64,000 bases of DNA from a virus. Its lineage: Duplodnaviria > Heunggongvirae > Uroviricota > Caudoviricetes. The stretch's first letter is position 1; each line of letters starts with the position of its first letter. The DNA is taken from positions 40,396 to 104,395 of the IMG/VR virus record IMGVR_UViG_3300026488_000017. One strand, 5' to 3'. A model generated the notes under the pieces. It was not told where the DNA came from, made no database searches, and saw only the letters and a program-made list of their open reading frames with translations. This document shows positions 16,680 to 26,371 of the stretch, in pieces. The translations under genes were made by a program, and so were the position numbers.

Positions 16680-17489
16680 CTAGAATTCGTACTGTTTTAC
16701 TCTAGCTAGTTCATTTTCTTTCGGGTATCCAAGTGCATTACATAACATTGTCGTACTGTACACTTCTTTTTCTAATGTAAAGTGTTGATGGCCAAATACC
16801 CAAAATTTAGCAGGTGTATCATCAACCATTTGTTCACCATCAAAATTATAGAAACCAGTACCTTCATCTTGGACAAATTCTTCTGGTGTGAAAGATGCGT
16901 GAGGCATAGGGTTGATATGAGAAACGATAATATCACAACCCTTATGGATATTCTGGAGTTTTGGTCGTTCGACCATTAGAACATCGTAGAAATCTGTATA
17001 ACCTTTGATTAAAACGCTGTCATTACTGTAACGCTTCCATAATGTCAAAGGGTTACAGAATGCATTTACTTTGTTACAGTACGAACCATCATACCATCCC
17101 ATAGCTCCACCAATCTTAATACCTTTGTACTCAACGATATCGCCATCTAGCATATGAATTTTGTCATTATCCTTAAACATTTCTTTGAGCTCTATTAAAC
17201 GAGCATCACTATTTCCGTATTTCTTTTCTTGATTCATATTGATTAAATACATATCGTGATTACCAGTAACGAAAAATAATTCTTTATAGAAATATTTAAC
17301 AAGAAATTCAAAGAATGCTTTTGTTTGGCTGTTGTAGTGAGATAAATCCCCAGCTACGATAAGAATCTCACCGTGCTTATGGCCTTCATCAAACATTTTA
17401 TTCTTACAGAATGTAAACATCTTATTTTCATTAGCGTTTGGTTTAATATGGAAATCAAGGTGTAAATCTGATATAATGTCGAATTTCAT
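16680..17489 (-). CDS. calcineurin-like metallophosphoesterase
   Basis: DLHLD ... GDLSH ... GNHD metallophosphatase motifs. Confidence 0.55.
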   Translation of the reverse strand: MKFDIISDLHLDFHIKPNANENKMFTFCKNKMFDEGHKHGEILIVAGDLSHYNSQTKAFFEFLVKYFYKELFFVTGNHDMYLINMNQEKKYGNSDARLIELKEMFKDNDKIHMLDGDIVEYKGIKIGGAMGWYDGSYCNKVNAFCNPLTLWKRYSNDSVLIKGYTDFYDVLMVERPKLQNIHKGCDIIVSHINPMPHASFTPEEFVQDEGTGFYNFDGEQMVDDTPAKFWVFGHQHFTLEKEVYSTTMLCNALGYPKENELARVKQYEF

Positions 17490-17504
17490 CTATTTTCCTT
17501 TTAA

Positions 17505-17545
17505 TTTACTGTATTATAACATAAAAATACTTAAAAGGAGATTAA
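17505..17545 (-). promoter_or_regulatory. promoter motif variant
   Basis: actgtattataacataaaaatacttaaaagg. Confidence 0.4.
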
Positions 17546-19272
17546 ATCTTCATCACAAGTTTTATGTAAATATGGCGCTCTTCAAAATCTGTACCTGAAC
17601 CCAAAACTCTCCCCGTGTCATTCGTGATATTCTTTACGCTAACTTTAATATAATCTTTTGAAAACTTGTACTTATAATAAACATCAAATTGATTGTAACC
17701 ATAGTTATGCTCTTTGATTCTAATATCTGCTTTGTCTGCTTCTGATAATGTCGTACTTTCTTTAGCAAATTTATGAGTTACTCCAGCACCGTAGTATTCT
17801 ATTCTCGTATCAGTTCTGAATGGTGTAATCTTTGAGATATAATCGATATTAGTTCTACCATAAACATACTCAGCAAAGAAATCTATGATGAATTTATTGC
17901 TCTCATAGACTAAGTTCGTGTTAGCACCATAAGTGTATCCATTCTCTGCATTTGTCACTTGAAACATATCTGAGCCATCAGGAGCAACAATATATGTCTT
18001 CTCTCTCGTTATCATATCTTCTAGTATATTATAGAACATAGTCCCTTTGTACTTGAAGTTTTGGTATCTAGCTGTGTAACCTATTTCAGTCTTAATGCTC
18101 GTTTCTTTCTTCAAATCGGGGTTAGGTATCTCATAAAGGCTATCAGAAACTGCTTCGTTTAGATTATAGATTGTCGGGTATTTGTAACCTTGTGCTATAC
18201 TTAAATATATTCCTTTGTACTCACCTTTAACACCTACACCTACATTCCAAAAGTTTTTATCTGCTATAGTTGCATAATCAGCAATTACACTAGCACTGTA
18301 TTTGAAATCTTTATAATTCTCAAAATAGTTTAGAGCTATACTGTTATCTATAACATCGTAGTTCTTCTTATCTTTGTTGTACTTCTGGTATTCTATATCT
18401 TCAAATTTGTGTTTCGTTGTCATAATCAGTTCATCACTAAAATAATACTCATTCCTAATCTGATAGATATTATTATTTGATTTATCGATTTTTTCTACAC
18501 CATTTCTAGGATTGTTTACATTCTCGTAGAAGTTCTGATAAGAAATCTTTAATATATAATCCTGATTAACCATAAAATCCTTAAAGAAACCTAAATAATA
18601 TTGTTTATCATAGATTCTCGGTTCTCCTTTAAGGAATTTATCAGTTCTATCTATTTCATCGCTTCGTGTGTAAATCAGTTTGTATCTGTTTTTCTCTAAA
18701 TAGATGCCCTTTTGATTATAATTTGTGTGTGCTTGTTCACCATCTGGAGTTACTACACTTCTTTTGTCCTCATATATAGCACCTAGTTTCAAATCTTCAT
18801 CTTGAAAAGAAGTAAAGACTTTTCCACCATTGATATAATTCTGAATTTGTATTGTGTTTGAGTTCGATTCTAAGAACCCTAAATGTCTATTGATTGAACC
18901 ACCAAAAGAATTATTACTAATATCATCAACACCTTTATTAAGTGAAATATCTTGTACGAATTCATTAGGGATATAAGAATAATATTGATTAGGCCCACTT
19001 CTAAAAAGTGAGTTCGTAAAATCCATTTCATCAACTGTAAGATTAATCTGGTCGCCTTGTAAACCTCTATATATGGGCTGTCTGAAACCTGGGGTGGTTT
19101 CTTGGATTTGAACAGCTCTCTCTGCGTGTTCGTTATTGTCTGTGTTTTCTAGTTGATTCACAAATAGAACTTCTCGTTGAAAGGGTGCTGAAGTAATAGT
19201 AATTTCTTTTAGTACGATTGTTTCTTGTGCAAATACAATCGTACTAGCTAGAATTAATGTTAATAGTTTCAT
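17542..19272 (-). CDS. TonB-dependent-receptor-like outer-membrane beta-barrel protein
   Basis: signal peptide MKLLTLILASTIVFAQE; plug-domain-like YRGLQGDQINLTVDEM and FGGSIN; Tyr/Asn-rich beta-strand-like C-terminal two-thirds. Confidence 0.45.
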   Translation of the reverse strand: MKLLTLILASTIVFAQETIVLKEITITSAPFQREVLFVNQLENTDNNEHAERAVQIQETTPGFRQPIYRGLQGDQINLTVDEMDFTNSLFRSGPNQYYSYIPNEFVQDISLNKGVDDISNNSFGGSINRHLGFLESNSNTIQIQNYINGGKVFTSFQDEDLKLGAIYEDKRSVVTPDGEQAHTNYNQKGIYLEKNRYKLIYTRSDEIDRTDKFLKGEPRIYDKQYYLGFFKDFMVNQDYILKISYQNFYENVNNPRNGVEKIDKSNNNIYQIRNEYYFSDELIMTTKHKFEDIEYQKYNKDKKNYDVIDNSIALNYFENYKDFKYSASVIADYATIADKNFWNVGVGVKGEYKGIYLSIAQGYKYPTIYNLNEAVSDSLYEIPNPDLKKETSIKTEIGYTARYQNFKYKGTMFYNILEDMITREKTYIVAPDGSDMFQVTNAENGYTYGANTNLVYESNKFIIDFFAEYVYGRTNIDYISKITPFRTDTRIEYYGAGVTHKFAKESTTLSEADKADIRIKEHNYGYNQFDVYYKYKFSKDYIKVSVKNITNDTGRVLGSGTDFEERHIYIKLVMKI

Positions 19273-19281
19273 AATGTTCCT

Positions 19282-20343
19282 TTATGTTTGTAGAATACCG
19301 AAAGATACTAATAATACAGCCCAAACGATTAAGACTGTGTAATATCTTACGATAGGTGTACCGAAATAAGTTTTGCTTATAACAACACATTTATGGACAG
19401 GTGATAACAAATAACCTGCAAAGTCAATAGCAAATAACACGACAAAATATGCTGGGCCAAATATTAATGTCAAGTACGATACTATCCCCGAAAATCTTGA
19501 AGATGAACCTAAACTAAACGATACAAAGAACGATAGCATAGCAACCATTATGAAAGAACTTTCTGCTGAGGCATAAGAGTGAAACCACTCTAGTACACCT
19601 GATTCTCTAATAAAATTACCCAAGATGATGCTTACAGCAACATAACCGAGTACCCAATAGTTCAGCGTCTTGTGGATTTGTTTCAGTAAATCAAGATTCA
19701 ATTCTGTCCCATAGAAATACATTTTTAACCCTATAACAGAAAGAAACAATACACCGAACACTATTGCTGGATTAAAGAAAAATATACCTATTAGACTCAT
19801 TATAAAGAACAATCCTGCTAGTTTATCAAATAGTGAAAATTTGATATTCTTTAGTTCTTCCTCTGAAAAATTGTACTTCAATACTGTATCTTTAGGTAGA
19901 ATAAAATAAATTGTTACTCCTATATATAGAAAAGTAATAATCAATAATGGATAAATTAATGTTATGATACTATAATATGTTAGACCAAGAACTGCCATTG
20001 GGATAATGATTGTCTTCTCTAATGGGTTCCATAAGTAGTAATGGTGAGAACTTAGATAATCTATAATACCTAAATTTTCTCTTACTTCTTTGTCGTTGTC
20101 TTTTGCTATGATATTATCTAAGACTCCTGCCGTTAAAGACACTCTTCCTGGAACTGGTAGCATACCCGCAAACAGACTGAAAACAAAAAGTGTTAATCTG
20201 GTATCTTTGAGTCTGTTATGTAGTTTGTAGAACAAGCCAGTAAAGAGTGGAGAATCATACAATAATCCTGCAATAGACATAATAAATGCCAAGAACAAGA
20301 TATAATGTAGATTAGATAATAGAGTTAAGAACTCTAGTTCCAC
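19282..20343 (-). CDS. polytopic integral membrane protein (about 9-10 TM)
   Basis: hydrophobic segments throughout; immediately upstream of the OMP-like gene. Confidence 0.45.
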   Translation of the reverse strand: MELEFLTLLSNLHYILFLAFIMSIAGLLYDSPLFTGLFYKLHNRLKDTRLTLFVFSLFAGMLPVPGRVSLTAGVLDNIIAKDNDKEVRENLGIIDYLSSHHYYLWNPLEKTIIIPMAVLGLTYYSIITLIYPLLIITFLYIGVTIYFILPKDTVLKYNFSEEELKNIKFSLFDKLAGLFFIMSLIGIFFFNPAIVFGVLFLSVIGLKMYFYGTELNLDLLKQIHKTLNYWVLGYVAVSIILGNFIRESGVLEWFHSYASAESSFIMVAMLSFFVSFSLGSSSRFSGIVSYLTLIFGPAYFVVLFAIDFAGYLLSPVHKCVVISKTYFGTPIVRYYTVLIVWAVLLVSFGILQT

Positions 20344-21008
20344 TATTTCTTCTTTATTAGTTCGTTAAGTTGTAAAGCTGGAATCAACCCATTATCTTGC
20401 GAAATCTGTTTGATGTATGCATTCTCTGATGCACTCAAATATAGATTAGAAGCAGTTGCTTGTGAAATTGCACTATCAACTATAAGTTTTTGTGTCGAAT
20501 CATCTAACATTAAAATAGCATCTAAGATACCTTTACCAATTCTACCACCAGTCATAATATCAATCTGAGCTTCTTTAATGAATTTATTAATCCAGTAAAG
20601 TTCTTCACCTTTTTCATCAGCAAGAATAGTCTTTGGGTCGCCTTGTTCTTTAAGTCTATCAAAGTTTGCTTCAAATACATTGATTTCATATTTGTAATTT
20701 GATAGAGTCTTTTTGAGTGTCTTTAGTTTTATCTTTTGTTTTTTGATTTCTACTAATTTCATCTTGAACGATATAGAACCATCTTCTAAGTCGCATAAAT
20801 CTTCATTTAGACCTTCGAACACAAGGTCTTCCATTTCTAAATCAAGTTCTAAATCTTCTAAGCCACCGTATCGTGTACCTAGTTCTAGTAAAACTTGTTT
20901 AAGCATTCTATAATTGGTCATCTTATCATTGATAACAAATTTATCAATTTGGTATTCTGACATCGTAGTACTTTGAGCTTCTATAAGCTCTTCTATTTCA
21001 TTTCTCAT
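20343..21008 (-). CDS. hypothetical protein
   Basis: ORF with 1-nt overlap to the downstream gene. Confidence 0.4.
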   Translation of the reverse strand: MRNEIEELIEAQSTTMSEYQIDKFVINDKMTNYRMLKQVLLELGTRYGGLEDLELDLEMEDLVFEGLNEDLCDLEDGSISFKMKLVEIKKQKIKLKTLKKTLSNYKYEINVFEANFDRLKEQGDPKTILADEKGEELYWINKFIKEAQIDIMTGGRIGKGILDAILMLDDSTQKLIVDSAISQATASNLYLSASENAYIKQISQDNGLIPALQLNELIKKK

Positions 21009-21017
21009 TATTTCCCT

Positions 21018-21713
21018 TTAGAGTAAGTTTAGTTCTTCTGTAATATTTATAAGTGCACTGTTAGAAGTACAAGAGTTTATTCTATCTTTGAAAGTATATT
21101 TCTCTGCTAGTGTTGTACCTATATTAGCTTTGTATTCATCACTATTCGCAATGACTTTCTCTGCTACTTCAAGAAGAGTTAAGTTTCTAGCTGTACTGAT
21201 GCTATTAAGAATTACATAATCTTCAGGTACTAAAGTTCCTGCTGTTGCAATAGAATTTGCTTCTTCAAGTTGTAAAGACCAAGTTGTGCTTTCTGCACCG
21301 TATGTTCTTGAAATATCTTCTATTTTAGTACTGAAAATTAATTCTAATTCTCTTAGTAATAGAAACTGCTTAGAAGCTAGTTGTTGTGCAAGTTCTAAAT
21401 CTGTTAAAATGATTTCTAGTTTCTCGAAATCTGCATTTGGTCTAAAATACTTATCGTATCGTTTGTTAGCACCATTTACAGAATTGAAAAATTGTAAACC
21501 TACTGCTATCTCATCTGTAATCTCGAACATATTGAAATCTGCCATAATCGAATCAGCATACCCAATATACCAATTAAGATTAACTGGAATTGAACTAGGT
21601 ATGATACTCTTATTGAATGAGTAAGGTAATTGACCTTTGTTGTTTGGTGTGTAGATAATCACCTTTTTGTTTTGAACTATGTCTGCTATACCTTCATCTA
21701 TTAATGCTATCAT
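21018..21713 (-). CDS. hypothetical protein
   Basis: ORF. Confidence 0.4.
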   Translation of the reverse strand: MIALIDEGIADIVQNKKVIIYTPNNKGQLPYSFNKSIIPSSIPVNLNWYIGYADSIMADFNMFEITDEIAVGLQFFNSVNGANKRYDKYFRPNADFEKLEIILTDLELAQQLASKQFLLLRELELIFSTKIEDISRTYGAESTTWSLQLEEANSIATAGTLVPEDYVILNSISTARNLTLLEVAEKVIANSDEYKANIGTTLAEKYTFKDRINSCTSNSALINITEELNLL

Positions 21714-21733
21714 TTGTTTTCTCCTTTTTTGTT

Positions 21734-22630
21734 TTATAGAACAACATAACTAACTGTACCTAATGTACTTGCCGTTATGCCGTTACCTGATTTATCTGCT
21801 AGTGGTGTTATACCCTCAAAGTCGTAGTATAATACTAATCCCGCAACTGCTGGTAGTTTACCTTCTTGTGCTGAAAGAACTTTTTTGACATCTTCTTTCG
21901 CTAAGAAACGATTGTAACATAGTATTGTATCGAATTTTCCATTAAGAAGTGATTGCCCGTTATTACCTCTTAACCCGAATCTTAATGGGTCTGATACTTG
22001 TAGTAATGATGATGGTATTACATTTACTGTGGTACTAGGTGTTTCTGCTGTACCACTAAAAGTCCCGTGAACAGCAGAATCGTATGCTAATCCACCATCT
22101 AAGTAGATATGTATCCTTGCGCCAGGACCATCATAACACATTGTTACTTTATGTCTTTCATTTGGTGGTACTTGTATACCTGTCCAAATCCAAGCCCAAG
22201 ATGATACACCAGTCCCAGCTGTAGCATACGATAACCACCCATCAGGTGATACTTGTATTTCGTATGAATTTTCTTTATTGAAGAAAATAGTAGGGACTAG
22301 ACTTGTTTGGTACACTACACCAAAAGATATTGTATAGCCTGTTGTGAACGATGTGTTGGCTGAAGGAGCAAATACTGTAGCATCACTACTACTAAGTAAT
22401 ATACCAGTAGTTTCGTTTAGTAAATCAACTTTTTCTATCAAGTCATCGATTGCATCAGTAGCAGAAGAAATTCTCGATAATACTTCAGCAATAGTATAGT
22501 ACCTATCTCCGTGAGTGTGGTTATTGTCTGTGTTGTTTACTACTGGAACATTATAGACTTTATCCCAATCTATTGTTCCATCAGCTCTTACTACTGCAAC
22601 ACCATTAATCTCGAATGTTTTAACTGTCAT
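21734..22630 (-). CDS. putative tail fibre/baseplate structural protein
   Basis: NNHTHGDRYYT motif, also present in the giant fibre (SHTHDGRYYT); Ser/Thr/Gly/Asn-rich beta-type composition. Confidence 0.45.
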   Translation of the reverse strand: MTVKTFEINGVAVVRADGTIDWDKVYNVPVVNNTDNNHTHGDRYYTIAEVLSRISSATDAIDDLIEKVDLLNETTGILLSSSDATVFAPSANTSFTTGYTISFGVVYQTSLVPTIFFNKENSYEIQVSPDGWLSYATAGTGVSSWAWIWTGIQVPPNERHKVTMCYDGPGARIHIYLDGGLAYDSAVHGTFSGTAETPSTTVNVIPSSLLQVSDPLRFGLRGNNGQSLLNGKFDTILCYNRFLAKEDVKKVLSAQEGKLPAVAGLVLYYDFEGITPLADKSGNGITASTLGTVSYVVL

Positions 22631-22639
22631 TTTTAACTC

Positions 22640-23638
22640 CTAGCTCTCTATGAAGCTTGATTGTGTAGTATCTGTCGAATTTGCTGTCATTACACTAAAA
22701 GTATCAGTACTAAAACCAAGTTTTGTCGTTGTAGTAGAATTACTACCAGAAACAAGAACACCAAAAATATCATTTGCTGTATTGTTTGAATTAACTTGTG
22801 TGGCACCTGAAATTTGAGATATAGAATCTGTTGTATAACTATGTTTAAAGTTATTTGAACCCAACCAATACCCTACTTTGCTATTTTTTTGTAACGCACT
22901 TACTTCACTATTTATATTAAATTCGACAACTTCTGATATTGTACTAGCTGAGTATGAGTATCTTTTTAACATATCAGCTAATGAATTCGTTTGTCCTTTA
23001 AGAAAACCATATGTGAATGAGCTTAATCCTATACCAAAGTTCCCCTTATGTGCTATATCAGGTTTAGTTATATAAGTATTAAGTAGAATATTTACTTCTG
23101 TTGCTTTTGTAGCACCATCAAAGATATAACCTTTCGATTGTACAGCAAAATCTATTAGTGTATTTTTTACAATAAAAGCAGAGTCTGAAACTGTTGTCGC
23201 TGTAAGAGTAAAGTGGTCAAATTTATTGATTTTCTTGGCATCATTCATAAAATAACCGAATCGTTGAAAACTCATACCAGAACCTTTAACAGTCGAAAAA
23301 CCTACAGAAGGAGTCAATAAACTAGAAACTTCAGTACCTATATTGTAATTTCTTAGTCTAGCATCATCATTTGAACCACCACCATTCATAATGATATTAG
23401 TTTTATACCCGAGAACTTCAATTCTACTCGATAAAACATCAATCTTATCTTTTTCTGCTTGAAATAAGAATGTTACTTCATCGGCAGGCATATAAAGAGT
23501 ATCGTGTATGTGTCCTGTCCCAGCAACTAATGATGATGGTATATTAATAAAATCTGTAAATTTCACTTTAGCTGTTGTGTTGTATATTGTTTTGTTACCT
23601 GAATCTAATTCTACTATTAGTGTGTTCGACTTTGCCAT
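22640..23638 (-). CDS. putative tail/baseplate structural protein
   Basis: compositional similarity to fibre proteins; in the structural gene train. Confidence 0.35.
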   Translation of the reverse strand: MAKSNTLIVELDSGNKTIYNTTAKVKFTDFINIPSSLVAGTGHIHDTLYMPADEVTFLFQAEKDKIDVLSSRIEVLGYKTNIIMNGGGSNDDARLRNYNIGTEVSSLLTPSVGFSTVKGSGMSFQRFGYFMNDAKKINKFDHFTLTATTVSDSAFIVKNTLIDFAVQSKGYIFDGATKATEVNILLNTYITKPDIAHKGNFGIGLSSFTYGFLKGQTNSLADMLKRYSYSASTISEVVEFNINSEVSALQKNSKVGYWLGSNNFKHSYTTDSISQISGATQVNSNNTANDIFGVLVSGSNSTTTTKLGFSTDTFSVMTANSTDTTQSSFIES

Positions 23639-23647
23639 ATCCTTCTC

Positions 23648-24715
23648 CTAAGACTCTGCCATACCAGCAGATGATTGTGGTAGTGCTAGTGAACCACCAA
23701 GTACATTACTTGCTGCCTCTGTTGCCCATACCATTTTTTGAACCTTTCCGTGTTGAGCACCATCGTACCCACCCATCATAAATCCTACTTTTTCTGAACC
23801 TAGTGTGTTTGACTCCGAGAAACCTTCACTAAAACATATAACATTTGATACTGTATTAGTAACCATATTGACACGCCAATTATTAGCTGTACCAGTACCA
23901 TCGATGATATAACCTTTATCTGCATCCTTAGAAAGACCTGAAGGATAATGTGTAATTGCTTGAGTCGTCCCAGCACTGGATGTATTTGTAAGATATGTGT
24001 ATTTTGTTGTTGCTTTTGTTGCAGCACCTTCTTTTACTACATAACCGAAATTTTCTGAAGAAAGACCTTGTCTTGTGCTGCTCTGTGATGCTGCTACTGG
24101 TAGAAGAGTCGTTGAGGCACTTACGATTGATACAGAACTCCAGTGATTCGCTGAATCACAAACATAAAGCTGTGATTGTGAGTAGATATTATATAAAGTA
24201 GCTCTAACATCGTGAGGCATCAAGTTACCTAAATATGTTTCTACTTCTGTAGCATAAACAATGGTATCTACTTCTCTACCAGTCGAACGGAAGTTCCCCG
24301 TAGCTCCATTTCTCGAAGTTCCAAAATAAAAACCTTTGAATTCAGAACTACCACCTGGGGAATATTGGCAAGTTACTGTCCCTATTTGCCCAACTTCTGT
24401 TCCTGTTTCTGTTACTGTATTGAATCTTTGTACTCGCTCTGCATACACAAAACTACTCTTATACCCACCATTAAGAAAACCTTTAGTTTTAAGAGGACGA
24501 ACTGTAAGTGCTTTTGATAGTGCAGCAACTGTATCCATTATCTCACCGAATTCGGCTTCAATAGTGTTCTTACTTGTGTAAATATCATCGTGATTGTGAT
24601 TCGATGGGTCTATCAGTGCTGATGGAATACCTGCGATGTGGTCGTAGTTTACTTTCCCGTTTGTACCTATGATAGTCTCTCCGGCTGTATTGGTTAAACT
24701 CTTAAAATCTGCCAT
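23648..24715 (-). CDS. putative tail fibre/baseplate structural protein
   Basis: N-terminal NHNHDDIY motif; Ser/Thr/Gly-rich. Confidence 0.4.
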   Translation of the reverse strand: MADFKSLTNTAGETIIGTNGKVNYDHIAGIPSALIDPSNHNHDDIYTSKNTIEAEFGEIMDTVAALSKALTVRPLKTKGFLNGGYKSSFVYAERVQRFNTVTETGTEVGQIGTVTCQYSPGGSSEFKGFYFGTSRNGATGNFRSTGREVDTIVYATEVETYLGNLMPHDVRATLYNIYSQSQLYVCDSANHWSSVSIVSASTTLLPVAASQSSTRQGLSSENFGYVVKEGAATKATTKYTYLTNTSSAGTTQAITHYPSGLSKDADKGYIIDGTGTANNWRVNMVTNTVSNVICFSEGFSESNTLGSEKVGFMMGGYDGAQHGKVQKMVWATEAASNVLGGSLALPQSSAGMAES

Positions 24716-24723
24716 TTTATCTC

Positions 24724-25335
24724 CTATTTCAGTATAAAGACACCTAATCCGTTCCAGTAATCATTTTTTGATTCTGATTCAGTAAATATCTCTTTTTTGT
24801 ACACAATTTTCTTGTTTAATGTATTTATAAAATAATCGATAGCAGTTTGTACGCTCTCAAAATTATAATCATCCAAGATTAATATAGCATTATTAAGTAT
24901 TTTTTCGTATAGGACTAGGAATTTAAAAATATCTTCTACCTCGTGTGAAGCATCATAGAAAATAACATCGAATTTTTGACTCCGTAGAGCACCATAAACC
25001 TCAGGACTAAAAATATCAGCGTTGATTATTTTTGTGTTAGTGATTTTGTATTTTTTGAGATTATTTTCTAGCGTTTGTGTCGTATCACCTATATCAATAT
25101 CTAGGACTGGTATCGTTTCAGTAAATATTAAGGAATCTATTGCCGTTACACTTTTAGCGGACAAGGCAATGGGAATCGTACTAGCACCTTTGAAATAACC
25201 TATTTCCAAAACATTTTTACCTTTAGAAACCTCGTGTAGAAAATATTGAGATTTTGGCGATGTCAATCCACATAGATTATATTCTGTGTATTTCTGTGAA
25301 TCGATTTTATCGAAAATTTCATCTAGGTATTTCAT
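24724..25335 (-). CDS. class I SAM-dependent O-methyltransferase (TylF/MycE-like, Methyltransf_24)
   Basis: VLEIGYFKGAST (SAM-binding motif I) and FDVIFYDASHE. Confidence 0.5.
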   Translation of the reverse strand: MKYLDEIFDKIDSQKYTEYNLCGLTSPKSQYFLHEVSKGKNVLEIGYFKGASTIPIALSAKSVTAIDSLIFTETIPVLDIDIGDTTQTLENNLKKYKITNTKIINADIFSPEVYGALRSQKFDVIFYDASHEVEDIFKFLVLYEKILNNAILILDDYNFESVQTAIDYFINTLNKKIVYKKEIFTESESKNDYWNGLGVFILK

Positions 25336-26348
25336 AGAATATCCTCACATTTTGTGCATTTCCAGCAGTCAAAATTACAATTTTTTGTCCAATCCACCCA
25401 TTCATCAAAAACCTCATCTGAAATATTATTCTTGCTTTTGATTTTGTAAAATTCATTCGTGCTTTGTAATGCTAAGATACCTAGCTCTGTTACCTTCTCT
25501 ATAATGAATAACGAGTTCAGGAAAACATTTTTAGACTCTCTCCCGTGAAGCTTGAAGACATCGATTCCATCTAAGCCTTCCATAAAAGATTCGGTAGGGA
25601 TGATGCTAGATTTTTTGAGACCGTATGATGGGTCTTCTTTCTCCCATTTGTAACACGAAACATTATACATTGAGCTCTTGAAAAAAACTTCTTTCTGTGT
25701 ATTGATATTATTATTCACATTGTAGGTGTAATGCTCTGATTGAATAGGGCAGTTACCAATACAGTTCTCGTTCCATAATATGCTCAAGCTTAGTTTTTTC
25801 TTAAGGATTTCTTGTGCTTTATCTCTTGCTTCGTATATCTCTTTGAGAGTATTTTGTGACCTCATAAGATTCCTATCTACATTGACATAATCAAAACCAG
25901 CTAAGAAAGCATCATACACTTCTCTAGGTTTGTCTAACGAGTGCAAAACAGTATTCTTAATATACAAATCAGGAAATTCTTTCTGAATCTTCCCAAAATA
26001 TAACCAAGAGGTAAAAGGAATAGTAACAGTTCTTATGCCAATATTATATAGATTTCTGAAATTGGCTATGAAAATATCAAGATTTTTTTCGGAAGGAGAG
26101 ATATGAATATTATTGAATACTGGAGATACTTTGATACCAGTTAATTGCTGTATTATTACGGCATTTGAAATATTTGTTGTAATATCTTCTTTTGTGAATA
26201 TAGTCCCCATAGCATCTTGGTTGAATGGTGCCATTCGTACTGTAAAATAAATATCGTTTATGTGATTTTTGTATTTAAGCAAGAAAGGAACTAAATGCTC
26301 GTGAATGTACTCCGGGGTTAAATCCGGGTATAGAGGTAATGAAAACAT
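25332..26348 (-). CDS. hypothetical Cys-rich protein
   Basis: CIGNC and C-terminal CNFDCWKCTKC clusters; no confident family. Confidence 0.35.
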   Translation of the reverse strand: MFSLPLYPDLTPEYIHEHLVPFLLKYKNHINDIYFTVRMAPFNQDAMGTIFTKEDITTNISNAVIIQQLTGIKVSPVFNNIHISPSEKNLDIFIANFRNLYNIGIRTVTIPFTSWLYFGKIQKEFPDLYIKNTVLHSLDKPREVYDAFLAGFDYVNVDRNLMRSQNTLKEIYEARDKAQEILKKKLSLSILWNENCIGNCPIQSEHYTYNVNNNINTQKEVFFKSSMYNVSCYKWEKEDPSYGLKKSSIIPTESFMEGLDGIDVFKLHGRESKNVFLNSLFIIEKVTELGILALQSTNEFYKIKSKNNISDEVFDEWVDWTKNCNFDCWKCTKCEDIL

Positions 26349-26371
26349 ATATTTCCTTTCTTATATTATAA

